NCBI GenBank assembly: GCA_963719225.1
Contig: CAVRAY010000001.1
Coordinates: 1,888,001-1,952,000, forward strand
Source of the DNA: Thermoanaerobaculia bacterium
Lineage (GTDB): Bacteria > Acidobacteriota > Thermoanaerobaculia > UBA5066
Reading direction: 5' to 3'
Length of the DNA stretch: 64,000 bases
Below, piece after piece: positions 35,801-46,078 of the stretch (positions within the stretch are counted from its first letter, which is position 1; each line of letters begins with the position of its first letter). Both the position numbers and the translations under genes were made by a program. Under the pieces are notes generated by a model. That model worked only from the letters and a program-made list of their open reading frames with translations, ran no database searches and had not been told where the DNA came from.

Positions 35801-38154
35801 ATCTTTCTCCCGGCCGGTGGATCCTGAGCCTCGAGTACAAGGGCCGCGTCGACCTCAAGGACACCCACGGCCTCTTCCGGCAACGGGAGGGAGACGACTG
35901 GTATGTCTTCAGCCAGTTCGAAGCCATCTCGGCGAGACGGGCGTTCCCCTGCTTCGACGAGCCGGGATTCAAGGTCCCGTGGCAGCTCACGCTGCACGTC
36001 CCGAGGCACCACGTCGCCGTCTCGAACACGCCGGTCCTCTCCGAGGCCGACGAAGCGGGCGGCACGAAGAAGGTGGTGTTCGAGCGGACGAAGCCCCTCC
36101 CGAGCTACCTGATCGCTCTCGGAGTCGGACCGTTCGATGTCGTGTCCGCGGGCACGGCCGGCCGGAACAAGGTCCCGATCCGGATGATCGTTCCGAAGGG
36201 CCGCGGCGCCGAGGCGCGCTGGGCCGTCGCGTCCACGGGAACGATCCTCGATCTCCTTGAGACCTATTTCGACATTCCGTACCCTTACGAGAAGCTCGAT
36301 CACCTCGTGATTCCCCAGACCGTCGGATTCGGGGCGATGGAGAACCCGGGCCTCGTCACGTACGTCTCGACGTCCATCCTCGCGAAGAGTGCCGACGAGA
36401 CGATCCTCTTCCGGAGGCGATACGCGGGCGTCTGCGCCCACGAGACCGCGCACCAGTGGTTCGGCGACTTCGTGACGATGGCCTGGTGGGACGACGTGTG
36501 GCTGAACGAGTCTTTCGCGACGTGGATGGCGAACAAGATCATCGGGAAGTGGAAACCCGAGTGGGGCTCGCGCGCGGCACGTGTCTCGACGCGCTCCTAC
36601 GCCATGGACCTGGATTCCCTCGTTTCAGCCCGGCGCATCCGCCAGCCCATCGAATCCAACGACGACATCGAAAACGCGTTCGACGGCATCACGTACCAGA
36701 AGGGCGGCGCCGTTCTCGACATGTTCGAGTCGTGGGTCGGCGAAGAGACCTTCCGGAAAGGCGTTCACCAGTACCTGAAATCGCACGCGTTCGGCAACGC
36801 GACGGCGGCCGACTTCGTCGGAGCCATCGCCTCCGAGGCGAGGAAGCCGGAGCTGAACGCCGCTTTCTTCTCGTTCCTCGACCAGCCGGGGGTTCCGCTC
36901 GTGTCGGTCGAGCTGACCTGTACGGGAGGCGCGCCCCGCGTGCTCCTGTCGCAGAAGCGCTTTCTGCCCGCCGGCTCCTCGGGCTCGACGCGGGAGACCT
37001 GGCGCATTCCGGTCTGCGTGCGGACCGGCGAAGTCGGGGCGGCCCCCGTCTGCACTTTGCTCACGGAGGAAAAGGGGAGCCTCGCGCTCCCGGGGGCCTG
37101 CCCCGAGCGGGTCGTCGCGAACGCCGCTTCCGCCGGCTACTACCGGGTGCTGTACAAGGGAAGCGCGCTCGGAAAGGCGCTCGCCGATTCCGGGAGGCAC
37201 CTCTCGCCGGTCGAACGCATCGCCGTGCTGGTGGACGTGGCGGCTCTCGCGCGCACGGGCGAGGTGCCGATGGCGACGGCGCTCGCGCTCGTGCCCGCCT
37301 TCGCCGGCGATCCGGATCGACAGGTCGTGGAGGCGATGGCTCGAATCGCGGCGTCGCCGCGCGATCTCTTCGTCACGGACGAGCTGCGTCCGAACTACCG
37401 GCGCTTCGTGTCTGACGCGTTCGGCGCGCGGGCGCGGGCTCTCGGCCTGAAGTCGAAGCCGGGCGAGGACGACGACACGAAGCTCCTCCGGTCGGCCCTG
37501 GTCGGCCTCGTCGCGGATGAAGCGGACGATCCGGCGCTCGTCGCCGAGGCTTCGTCGCTCGCGAAGAAGTGGCTCACCGACCGTTCCGCGATCGAGCCGG
37601 AGATGCTGCCCACGGTGCTGACGGTGGCGGCCCGGCACGGCGACGCGGAGACGTTCACGGCGTTCCTGGCCGCGGCGAAGACGTCGCGGGACCGGCGCGA
37701 GCGCGGGCGCCTTCTCGCGGCTCTCGGCGCTTTCCGCGATCCGTCCGTCCAGAAGCTCGCTTTGAACGTCACACTTTCTCCCGATTTCGACGCGCGCGAG
37801 TCGCTCGTGGTGCTCCGCGAGGCGGCCGCCGACCGCGTGACGCGCGAGGGCGCCTGGGCGTTCCTGAAGGCGAACTTCGCCGCGCTCGCCGCGCGGCTCC
37901 CGAGCGAGTCTCCCGCCGGGTTCCCGCAGCTCACCGCCGGTTTCAGCGACGAGGCGCACCGGGCGGACGTCGCGGCTTTCTTCAAGGACAAGGCCCCGAA
38001 CTACACCGGCGGTCCGAGGCGCCTCGCGCAATCGCTCGAACAGATCCAGCTCAAGGCCGCCCTCCGCGCCGCGCAGCAGGAGAGTGTGACCGCCTTTCTC
38101 AAGAACTATCCGGCCAAGCCCATGATCGACGTCCGGCCCCAGACGGGCATCTAG
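35455..38154 (+). CDS. M1 family aminopeptidase with ERAP1-like C-terminal domain
   Basis: Signal peptide; SQFE...ARRAFPCFDEP, GAMENPG, HETAHQWFG...WLNESFA, ITYQKG. Confidence 0.95.
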   Translation: MKRAVSTLSFAAVLLSVFTASVSRAESPPPPKLRLPAGAAPLGYAAELWIDPSQGTFKGKIEIEISSKGEEGTVWLNARDLVVETASARRAEGGEANPAAAALAGRDFVSLTFQRNLSPGRWILSLEYKGRVDLKDTHGLFRQREGDDWYVFSQFEAISARRAFPCFDEPGFKVPWQLTLHVPRHHVAVSNTPVLSEADEAGGTKKVVFERTKPLPSYLIALGVGPFDVVSAGTAGRNKVPIRMIVPKGRGAEARWAVASTGTILDLLETYFDIPYPYEKLDHLVIPQTVGFGAMENPGLVTYVSTSILAKSADETILFRRRYAGVCAHETAHQWFGDFVTMAWWDDVWLNESFATWMANKIIGKWKPEWGSRAARVSTRSYAMDLDSLVSARRIRQPIESNDDIENAFDGITYQKGGAVLDMFESWVGEETFRKGVHQYLKSHAFGNATAADFVGAIASEARKPELNAAFFSFLDQPGVPLVSVELTCTGGAPRVLLSQKRFLPAGSSGSTRETWRIPVCVRTGEVGAAPVCTLLTEEKGSLALPGACPERVVANAASAGYYRVLYKGSALGKALADSGRHLSPVERIAVLVDVAALARTGEVPMATALALVPAFAGDPDRQVVEAMARIAASPRDLFVTDELRPNYRRFVSDAFGARARALGLKSKPGEDDDTKLLRSALVGLVADEADDPALVAEASSLAKKWLTDRSAIEPEMLPTVLTVAARHGDAETFTAFLAAAKTSRDRRERGRLLAALGAFRDPSVQKLALNVTLSPDFDARESLVVLREAAADRVTREGAWAFLKANFAALAARLPSESPAGFPQLTAGFSDEAHRADVAAFFKDKAPNYTGGPRRLAQSLEQIQLKAALRAAQQESVTAFLKNYPAKPMIDVRPQTGI

Positions 38155-38158
38155 CAGC

Positions 38159-40570
38159 GTGCGGCGGATCGCCTCGACGTTTCTTCTCGCGGCATTCACC
38201 GCTCTGCCGGCGCGCGACGCGACCGCCCAGGTCGAAGCGACGGTACGGGTGTCCGACTCCGGCTACGAGGCTCTTTGCGCGGCGCGACCCGTCGAGCCCC
38301 TTGCGGTACGGGGGCTCACCGTGGAACGGGACGTGATCCGCTTCGAGTTCGAATCGGGACTGTTCTGGCTTCTGCCGTCCGTACGGGGCCGCGTGACGGG
38401 TGCGGTCTTCGAGGGCAAGGGCCGCTATAGCCTCACGCCGGCCAGCAACTCTGAAAAGCGGCACCTCGCCGTCGTGACCGAGAACAAGAGCTTCTCGGTC
38501 CTGACGGACTCGTTCGAGGAGCTCATTCTTCTCTTCACCGACGGGACAGCGGACGAGGTCAGGAAGAACGGCACGCCGTCCGGCGCTTCCGCCGAGAAGG
38601 CGTCCTCCGCCTGGGAGAATTTCTGGAAACGCGAGCGGAAGGACCATCGCCCGAATCTCCGCCTCCGTCTCCTCGCCGACCTCGTCGAGAAGACGCCCGC
38701 TTCCCGGGGGGTGTTCCTCGCGTTCACGGAGGGAAAGAAGCTTCCTTCCGCGCTCATGGCCGTGGACCCGCGCGGGATCGAAAGCCTGAGCCTGGCATCG
38801 CACCTCGGAGACGAGAAGGTGATGTTCCTTTCCTTCGACGACCAGCACCGCGGGTTCTGGTACCTGAGCCCGCGAAAGGATGCGCCCCAGGGCCGGCGCT
38901 CGACCGACATGTCTCCGGCGGAAGCCGCGCATTTCACGATCGACACGCGGATCAAGAAGAACGCCGGCCTCGAGGGCACAGCCGCGATCCGCTTCAGGGT
39001 CTCGAGACCGGGGACGCAGCTTCTGCGCCTTCACCTCCTCTCGAAGCTCCACGTCGGCAGCGCGTCGTTCGCGGCGGGAGACGGAGCTCCCAAGCCCGTG
39101 GAGTTCATCCAGGACGGAGGCCTCGCCGTCGTGCTCCCCGAGCCCATGAACGTGGGCGACGGCGGAACGCTTTCGATCGAGTACTCGGGAGAGAGCGTCC
39201 TCGAGGACGCCGGCGACGGCAACTTCTACGTGAGCGCACGCCAGAGCTGGTATCCGAACTTCGGCACCTTCACGCAGCCCGCGACGTTCGACCTGACCTA
39301 CCGCGTTCCCCCGAAATACGAGGTCGTCTCCGTCGGCACGCTCGTGGAATCCAGAGTGGAGAAGGATGCCGTCTTCAGCCGGTGGAAAGTCGAGTCGCCG
39401 ATCCGAGTGGCCGGTTTCAACTACGGGCGCTTCCGGAAGCTCGAGAAGAAAGATCCCGAGACCGGGTTCGACATTCGCGTCTTCACGAACCCCGGCGAGC
39501 CGTCCATCGCACGCGAGCTCAAGGCCATGTTCGAGCTGGCGAGGTTCAACACGAGCCGGCTCGCCGATTCGGCTCTCGCGGACGGCATCAACTCGGCACG
39601 GACGTTCGAGACCTTCTTCGGGCCGCTCGCGCACAAGGAGATCTCGATCACGCAACAGGCTCAGTGGAACTTCGGCCAGTCCTGGCCTTCGCTCGTCTTC
39701 CTGCCGTACATCGCATTCCTCGATTCGCTCACACGGCAGCAGCTCGGTCTCGGAGGGGCGACATCGTTCGTCGACGAGGTCGGCTACCACGAGTTCTCGC
39801 ACCAGTGGTGGGGCCACCACGTCGGGTGGGCCACGTACCACGATCAGTGGCTTTCGGAGGGATTCGCGGAGTTCTCGGCGGCTCTGGCCGTCCAGCAGAC
39901 CCAGGGCATCAAGAGCTACGTGGCCTTCTGGTCCGGCGCCCGGAAGCGGATTCTCGAGACGCAGCGCGGCGGGCATCAGCCGGCGGCCGACGTCGGCCCC
40001 ATCACGCTCGGGTTCCGGCTCGCCGACCGGCGGGACCCGCACGCTTACCAGGCGCTCGTCTATTCGAAGGGCGGATACGTCCTTCACATGTTGCGGATGC
40101 TCATGTGGGATTCGAAAGACAAGAACTCCGACGCGCGCTTCATCGCGATGATGAAGGACTACACGTCCACCTGGGCCGGGAGAAACCCCTCCACGGACGA
40201 CTTCAAGGCGGTCGTCGAGCGCCATATCGCTCCCGCGATGGACCTCAGGAAGGACGGCAAGCTGGATTGGTTCTTCGACCAATGGGTCAACGGAACCGAG
40301 ATCCCGACTTTCACGAACAAGCTCGAGATCAAGGACGAGGGCGGCGGAAAGTACCGGATCACGGGTGAGGTGAGCCAGTCCGGCGTCTCGCCCGGCTTTC
40401 TGACCTCGCTTCCTCTCTACGTGGAGTTCGACAAGGGAGACCTCGCCCGCCTCGGCACGCTCCTCATGAACGGCGTCGCGACCGTCACGGCGAACACCGA
40501 GATCCGCCTGCCGAAGAAGCCGAAGCGCCTCGTCATCAACGCGTACCGCGACGTCCTCTCGCGGGACTGA
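38159..40570 (+). CDS. M1-like (gluzincin) exported metallopeptidase
   Basis: HEFSHQWWG...WLSEGFAE, VYSKGGYVLHMLR, WFFDQWV; the GAMEN motif is replaced by FGQSWP. Confidence 0.88.
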   Translation: MRRIASTFLLAAFTALPARDATAQVEATVRVSDSGYEALCAARPVEPLAVRGLTVERDVIRFEFESGLFWLLPSVRGRVTGAVFEGKGRYSLTPASNSEKRHLAVVTENKSFSVLTDSFEELILLFTDGTADEVRKNGTPSGASAEKASSAWENFWKRERKDHRPNLRLRLLADLVEKTPASRGVFLAFTEGKKLPSALMAVDPRGIESLSLASHLGDEKVMFLSFDDQHRGFWYLSPRKDAPQGRRSTDMSPAEAAHFTIDTRIKKNAGLEGTAAIRFRVSRPGTQLLRLHLLSKLHVGSASFAAGDGAPKPVEFIQDGGLAVVLPEPMNVGDGGTLSIEYSGESVLEDAGDGNFYVSARQSWYPNFGTFTQPATFDLTYRVPPKYEVVSVGTLVESRVEKDAVFSRWKVESPIRVAGFNYGRFRKLEKKDPETGFDIRVFTNPGEPSIARELKAMFELARFNTSRLADSALADGINSARTFETFFGPLAHKEISITQQAQWNFGQSWPSLVFLPYIAFLDSLTRQQLGLGGATSFVDEVGYHEFSHQWWGHHVGWATYHDQWLSEGFAEFSAALAVQQTQGIKSYVAFWSGARKRILETQRGGHQPAADVGPITLGFRLADRRDPHAYQALVYSKGGYVLHMLRMLMWDSKDKNSDARFIAMMKDYTSTWAGRNPSTDDFKAVVERHIAPAMDLRKDGKLDWFFDQWVNGTEIPTFTNKLEIKDEGGGKYRITGEVSQSGVSPGFLTSLPLYVEFDKGDLARLGTLLMNGVATVTANTEIRLPKKPKRLVINAYRDVLSRD

Positions 40571-40588
40571 CCGGCGGGGACGTCCGCG

Positions 40589-41086
40589 TCACCGCCCGTC
40601 CGGGATCCTCGCGAACGTCCGGATCAACGCCACGGTCCAGCCGACCGAGAACACGAGATACGCCCCGAGCACGGGCAGGAAGGTGGTCGTGGGGAGGTCT
40701 CCGCCCCGGCTCGCCAGGGACGTCAGCTCGAAGAGCACGAGGAGGAAGAGCACCGTCGCACACGCGAAGATCTCGAAGGACGACGCGAGCCGTTCCATCG
40801 TCTCCTCGCGTCGCTCGGGCGCGAGCCAGTAGCTCTTGTTCGGCAGGTTGATCAGGCCCGCCGGAGTGAATTTCAACAGCGCGGGGATCGCGACGAAGAG
40901 CGCCGCGATCAGAAGCGTGACGCCGACCTGCATGACGAAGAACTCGTCATGGGTGGACCAGGAGTTCGGATGGCCCGCGGCGTCGAAGTGGGACGGAACC
41001 CGGCCCGGAGCGAAGCTCCACTGGCGGGCGGCCTCGACGAGCGACACGAGGACGAGGCCGAGAAGCAAAACACGCGACCGACGCAT
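40589..41086 (-). CDS. DUF1648 domain membrane protein
   Basis: PGRVPSHFDAAGHPNSW, LINLPNKSYWL, four hydrophobic segments. Confidence 0.85.
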   Translation of the reverse strand: MRRSRVLLLGLVLVSLVEAARQWSFAPGRVPSHFDAAGHPNSWSTHDEFFVMQVGVTLLIAALFVAIPALLKFTPAGLINLPNKSYWLAPERREETMERLASSFEIFACATVLFLLVLFELTSLASRGGDLPTTTFLPVLGAYLVFSVGWTVALIRTFARIPDGR

Positions 41087-41108
41087 GTCAAGACGATACA
41101 CCGGGCGG

Positions 41109-43226
41109 TTACGGGACCCACTCGAACGTCCGGCTGAGCGTGCGCATGCGGCCGTCGGCCGCGCGGAAGACGACGTGGAGGTCGTGCGCGCCGTCGTCGC
41201 CGGAAAGGATCGGGAACCGCGCCTCGTAGCCGGCTTCCGCGCAATTCCCGAGCGCCGGCAGGACGGCGGCGACGTCCGGACGCGGCGTCCTCGTGAAGGA
41301 CAGGGCCGCGCGCCGGTCGCGGTCGATACGGATCTCGACGATCTCCCCTGGAGCGCCGGGCGTCTGGCTCCAGCCGCGCACCCTCAGCTCGCCGTGCACG
41401 ATCTGGGCGCCGGGCGGCTCGTCGATCGAAGCCGGAAACTGGGCGTCTTCGAATCGTCCGATTCGCGGCGCCACCGCGACATGCTCGAGAAAAAGCGCTT
41501 TGTCCTTTTCCGCGGCTCCAACGTCCGCCGCAAGCGCCGGGGACGTGGATGGGTTGCGGAGAAAGAAGACCCAGTCGTCGCCTCCCCGATGTTCGAACCG
41601 ATGAGGCCCCTCGAGAGCGCCTGCCCGAAGCCCCGCCGCAACGAGCTCCATCGTGGGTCTGATGCGCTCGAGGGGAAGAGCGTGCTCGTGAACGACGAGA
41701 GTGCCCACGGGCCATTCCGCGAGGAGAACGAGCGTCGACCCGGGAATGTCCTCCGAAGAAAGAATGGCGGCGAGCTCCTGGTTTCGACGGGGCAGGTAGC
41801 TCGCGTAGCCGTTCACGATCGGCTTGAAGTGCGCGAGGCTGGCGAACGTCCAGCGCACGTCGCCCGGCGCGTGATAGAGGGGTAGATGGAGGATCGGGCC
41901 GCCGGTGTCCGACCGGGCAAGGAACGCTTCGACCGGCGGATGGGGGAGCTCGGGCCGGAAGCCGAATCGGACCGTCTGGCGCACGTCGGCCGTGATCCCG
42001 ACCGCGAGCGCCACGCCCAGGAGAGCCCGTGCGCTCCGCGAACGGGTCCATTCGAGCAGCGCCGCACAGCCGGCCGCCGCAAGGAGCCCGAACCCGATCT
42101 GGCTCAAACAGCCGAAGCGCGTGAAAGCCCGGATCCCCGAGAAGAGGAATGGAAGGACGATCTTCAGCACGGGCACGACCGGCCCCGCGGGGCCGAACGA
42201 ACCCAGGATGCCGAGACAAGTGAGAACGGCCCCCGAGGCGACGAGACCGCCGTTCCTCTTCGTGAAGAGGAACCCGAGGATTCCGGCGGCGCTCAGAACG
42301 AGCGCGGCGGTCCCGGGATAGAGGCTCCTCTCGGAATCGTTTCGCCATTTCAGGAAGGCCTGCCCGGGATTGAAGCTCGTCGTCGTCAACCAGTCCCGCG
42401 GGACGGCGGAATAGAGGCGGCTCTCGGGCTCGGCTCGCTTGAAGCCGTATTCCCGGCGGACCTCGAGCATGCGCGCTGCGAGAGGGGCGAGGAGGAAGGC
42501 CGACAGCACGAGAGCGCCGCCGAGCTTCGAGAGAAGCGCGACACGGCGCGTCTCCCTCCTGGTCGCAAGGTCGAGGATCACGATGACCAGGAGGGCGGCG
42601 AAACCGAACGCGAAGACGTGGAGTGAGAACCACCCGAGGGTGCCGATCGCCGTGCCGAGAGCGAAGGCGACGGACGAGCGGCCGGTTTCCCGAAGCCTCT
42701 TCCAGGCGAGGAGGACGAGGGCGATCCCGCCCCCCACGACGAACGAGACATATCCGAACGCGCACGCCGTCTCTGCACCGAGAGCGGCCGCGAAGGCCCC
42801 GAGAAGCGCGGGAAGGCGAGCGACCCCGTGCGAGATCGCGAGGCGCGAGATCGCCCAGGCGGAGAAGGCGACGCCGAGGAGGCAGAGCACGTTCGCCACG
42901 CCGGCAGGACTCAGGCCCGCCAGGCCGAGAGGGAGGCCGGCGAGGCCGTATCCGATGAGCGGCTCCGTGAAAGCGAGCGCGTTTCGGGCGGGGGCGAAGA
43001 AGTTCGCGTCGAAGACGTGAGCCGGCGCGTGGACGATCGCGTGCCCTACCCAGGCGATTTCCCACGCCTGGAACTGCGCGTCGTATGCATCTCGCAGGTG
43101 GGTGAGGAGGCGCGGGAGCGCCTGCCCGGCCCAGGCACCCGTCACGAGCAGACAGACGACAAAATCGAGGAAGGCGGCCCAGCCCGGGGCTCCCCCCGGG
43201 CGTTCGCGCCGGGGGGTCTCGGGCAT
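41109..43226 (-). CDS. Polytopic membrane protein, GT-C glycosyltransferase-like, with periplasmic C-terminal domain
   Basis: W..AWV.HA...FDANFFAP..NALAFTE, SLYPG, GIRAFTRF, HFKPIVNGYASY; C-terminal IDEP...VRGW domain. Confidence 0.7.
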   Translation of the reverse strand: MPETPRRERPGGAPGWAAFLDFVVCLLVTGAWAGQALPRLLTHLRDAYDAQFQAWEIAWVGHAIVHAPAHVFDANFFAPARNALAFTEPLIGYGLAGLPLGLAGLSPAGVANVLCLLGVAFSAWAISRLAISHGVARLPALLGAFAAALGAETACAFGYVSFVVGGGIALVLLAWKRLRETGRSSVAFALGTAIGTLGWFSLHVFAFGFAALLVIVILDLATRRETRRVALLSKLGGALVLSAFLLAPLAARMLEVRREYGFKRAEPESRLYSAVPRDWLTTTSFNPGQAFLKWRNDSERSLYPGTAALVLSAAGILGFLFTKRNGGLVASGAVLTCLGILGSFGPAGPVVPVLKIVLPFLFSGIRAFTRFGCLSQIGFGLLAAAGCAALLEWTRSRSARALLGVALAVGITADVRQTVRFGFRPELPHPPVEAFLARSDTGGPILHLPLYHAPGDVRWTFASLAHFKPIVNGYASYLPRRNQELAAILSSEDIPGSTLVLLAEWPVGTLVVHEHALPLERIRPTMELVAAGLRAGALEGPHRFEHRGGDDWVFFLRNPSTSPALAADVGAAEKDKALFLEHVAVAPRIGRFEDAQFPASIDEPPGAQIVHGELRVRGWSQTPGAPGEIVEIRIDRDRRAALSFTRTPRPDVAAVLPALGNCAEAGYEARFPILSGDDGAHDLHVVFRAADGRMRTLSRTFEWVP

Positions 43227-43245
43227 CACCTGCGGTTCTCTCGGA

Positions 43246-46044
43246 TCACTCGGGAATCTGGATCGCGGCGACCGGCACGGTCTTCGCCGCGTTCTGTCCT
43301 TTCGCCGTCTTCGGCGTGTCGGCCCTCGCGAAGGGACGCGGGGCGCCCGCGGGGCGGTCGTCGTGTAGGACCATCTCGTTCGGCGGGACGGCTCCCTTGT
43401 ATTCGTAGCCTTTCGGACCGATCTCGGCGATCCACGGCGGCACAGACGATTTCGCCGGGACGGGCTCGTCGTGGACGTGGACCGGAAGCGACTCGCGGTT
43501 GTCGTACGGGTGCGCCCTGCGGTAATCGGCAAGGACGGCGCGGGAAGCCTCGTCGTCCTTGAAGAAGCGGTACCACTTCTCCTCGGCCGCAGCTTCCTCG
43601 GCGCGGCCGAGCGCCTTCAGACAGAGCATGGCGTTGTAGTGCGCCGCGAGGTCCTCGCCGTCGATCGCGAGGACCCGGTCGATGAAAGGCAGCGCGTCCG
43701 AATAGCGGCCGGCGAGGTAGAGCACGCGCGCCTTCTGGTTCAGGACGAACCGGTCCTTCGGGTACTTCGCAAGCACGCGCTCGAGATCCGCCAGCGCGTC
43801 GTCGAGGCGACCCTCTTCCTTCGACACGAGCGACCGGAAGACCTGCGTCTTTCCCCAGTTCGGCCGCCTCTTCTCGGACTCCGCGAGCGCGGCCTTGGCG
43901 GCCGGGAGATCGCCCTCCCGCAGCTTCGCGCGCGCGAGGTTGAGGGGGCCGTCCGGCTTTTCGGCGGCGATCTCGGCCACGCGGGAGAACGCGTACGAGG
44001 CGCCCTTGAGGTCGCCCTGGAGGAAGAGGCCGATACCGTAGTCGTTCCAACGAATCCACTGCCTTTCAGGCCAGTCGGGGTTGCCGCGCTTGACGTCTTT
44101 CGCGAGCGTTCCCTCGGGGGCCGGCGCGACGGGCAGCGTCACGCTGTCGCTCGAGATCGCCGTGACGGGGAGCTCGACGGCGTTCGGACCGCCCACGAAG
44201 ATCGAGTAGTCGCGCGAGAACTTGCGGTAATTGAGCGCGGCGGAGAGGGTCACGGACCCCTTCGCGTCCTTCGGCACCGTGAAGCGGTAGTGCACCGCAC
44301 GAGCCGCGCCCGGCGGGATGAAGTTGTTGAAGAGCGGGACGTGGATGTCCTGCGGCTGGCGACGGTCCATGGCCGATCCGTCGTGAGCAATGACGAGCTG
44401 GGAGATCTTGTCCGCGGCAGGATCGAGGCGCTTGTCCTGATCGAGCGTGCCGGACGTCATCAGCGCGCGCGCGCCCTCGTCGGCGTGGAACTCCACCCAC
44501 GTCTCGTTCGAATCCGCCGTGCCGTTCGTGTAGGGGTGCCCGACCGTGCGCGTCCTCACGACGACCTCGACGTCCACGGCTTCGCCGGGCTTCAGAGCGG
44601 GCAGCGTCGGGCCGAGCGGGACGATGGCGCCGCCCCGGCGGATGCCGAAGATGTCGATCGAGAGCGAGCCGAGCAGGATCTTCTTCCGGATGTCCTCGAT
44701 CGTGTCCTTCTCGCCGCGGAATGCCGGAAGCGCCGTGTTCGCCGCAGGGAAGAGGTGGTCGTGGAGCTTGCCGTCGCGGTTGCCGAACTCCTGGGAGGCG
44801 ACGAGCGGGAGGTGGCAGTCGCGGCAGGCCTTCGTCTGCGGCGGGTCGTAGAAGGAGCGGACGGCGACGCCCGAGACCCCCGAGTCGAACCAGCTGTCGT
44901 AGTGGTTCTGGCCGCGCAGCCAGTGGTAGTCGTTGAGGGGCGGCAGGAGGCCGACCTTGTGGCACGTCGCGCAGAACTCCGGCGTCCGCATGAACGGCTT
45001 CATGAAGGTCTCGCGGTGGAGAGAGGGCTCCATGCGAATGAGGAGCTTGTTGACTTCCTTGAGCGTCTTGCTCTTCGCGAACGCGAAGGGGTATTGCTTG
45101 CTCTCCTCCACGACGTAGCCGCCGTTGCCGCGGACGTCCTTCAGCTCGGCGATCGAGTGGCACGCCATGCACGCGAGCCCCTGCTGCGCCTCGAACTGGT
45201 CGTACGAGAAGGAGGCCATCGTGGCCTTGCCCATCTGGCCCGTGAAGAGGACGACGGGATCGTGGCAGCCGGCGCACCACTTCGTCTTCTCGCGGCCGAC
45301 GCGGTCGGCCATCAGCTCGACGGAGCGGCGGTAGAACGGGTTGTTGAAGGACGAGAAGCGGTGAGCGCCCTTCTCCCAGCGCTTGAACGAGTCGGGGTGG
45401 CACTCCTGGCAATACTGGTTCGCGGCGAACTTCTTTCCGTCGAGGAGGCCCTGGTCGAACGTCTCGGCGGACGAGAGGAAGAACTGGGTGTCGCCGTTCT
45501 TGTTCACGATGCGCTGCGGGGGCTTTTCGAGCTTGTGGAGGATCGCCATGCCTGCGAGGAAGGCCGCCACCGCGCCGCCCCACTGGAAGAGCCGCTTGAA
45601 GTGAAGCTTGTGGACGGCCGCTCGGCGGTGAAGGATGAACGCGATCAGAGCGAGCGGAATCGCGCAGACGTGCGCGACGTAAACGGGACGGTGCGTGAGC
45701 GTCGCGCCCTGGAGGGCCATGTAGACGCCCGTCGAGATGCACGTGAGCGCGAGCGTGACGATCGTGATGCCGGCCGCCTTCGCCTTCCGGTTCCGGATGT
45801 TCGCGAGCATGCGCGGGCCGTGCGTGAACGCGAAGACGAGGAAGGGAATCGCGATGAGCACGCCGAGGACGAGGTGCATGAGGAGCATCCCCATGTAGAA
45901 CGACGAGATCTTCGTGAACGACACGAGGTAGATCGAGTTCGCGGCCATGAGCCCGAGCGGGATGAGCAGCAGCCCGTAGAGCCTTCTCTGCCACGGATGA
46001 AGAACGCCTTTTGCCCGGACCGCGCCTTCGTTTTTCATGCTCAT
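43246..46044 (-). CDS. Membrane-anchored pentaheme c-type cytochrome with C-terminal TPRs
   Basis: Five CxxCH motifs (CQECH, CAGCH, CMACH, CATCH, CRDCH), N-terminal TM helices containing His, RWNDYGIG followed by TPRs. Confidence 0.9.
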   Translation of the reverse strand: MSMKNEGAVRAKGVLHPWQRRLYGLLLIPLGLMAANSIYLVSFTKISSFYMGMLLMHLVLGVLIAIPFLVFAFTHGPRMLANIRNRKAKAAGITIVTLALTCISTGVYMALQGATLTHRPVYVAHVCAIPLALIAFILHRRAAVHKLHFKRLFQWGGAVAAFLAGMAILHKLEKPPQRIVNKNGDTQFFLSSAETFDQGLLDGKKFAANQYCQECHPDSFKRWEKGAHRFSSFNNPFYRRSVELMADRVGREKTKWCAGCHDPVVLFTGQMGKATMASFSYDQFEAQQGLACMACHSIAELKDVRGNGGYVVEESKQYPFAFAKSKTLKEVNKLLIRMEPSLHRETFMKPFMRTPEFCATCHKVGLLPPLNDYHWLRGQNHYDSWFDSGVSGVAVRSFYDPPQTKACRDCHLPLVASQEFGNRDGKLHDHLFPAANTALPAFRGEKDTIEDIRKKILLGSLSIDIFGIRRGGAIVPLGPTLPALKPGEAVDVEVVVRTRTVGHPYTNGTADSNETWVEFHADEGARALMTSGTLDQDKRLDPAADKISQLVIAHDGSAMDRRQPQDIHVPLFNNFIPPGAARAVHYRFTVPKDAKGSVTLSAALNYRKFSRDYSIFVGGPNAVELPVTAISSDSVTLPVAPAPEGTLAKDVKRGNPDWPERQWIRWNDYGIGLFLQGDLKGASYAFSRVAEIAAEKPDGPLNLARAKLREGDLPAAKAALAESEKRRPNWGKTQVFRSLVSKEEGRLDDALADLERVLAKYPKDRFVLNQKARVLYLAGRYSDALPFIDRVLAIDGEDLAAHYNAMLCLKALGRAEEAAAEEKWYRFFKDDEASRAVLADYRRAHPYDNRESLPVHVHDEPVPAKSSVPPWIAEIGPKGYEYKGAVPPNEMVLHDDRPAGAPRPFARADTPKTAKGQNAAKTVPVAAIQIPE

Positions 46045-46078
46045 GATACGGATTCTAAATCGCTCGGAAACGTACGCG

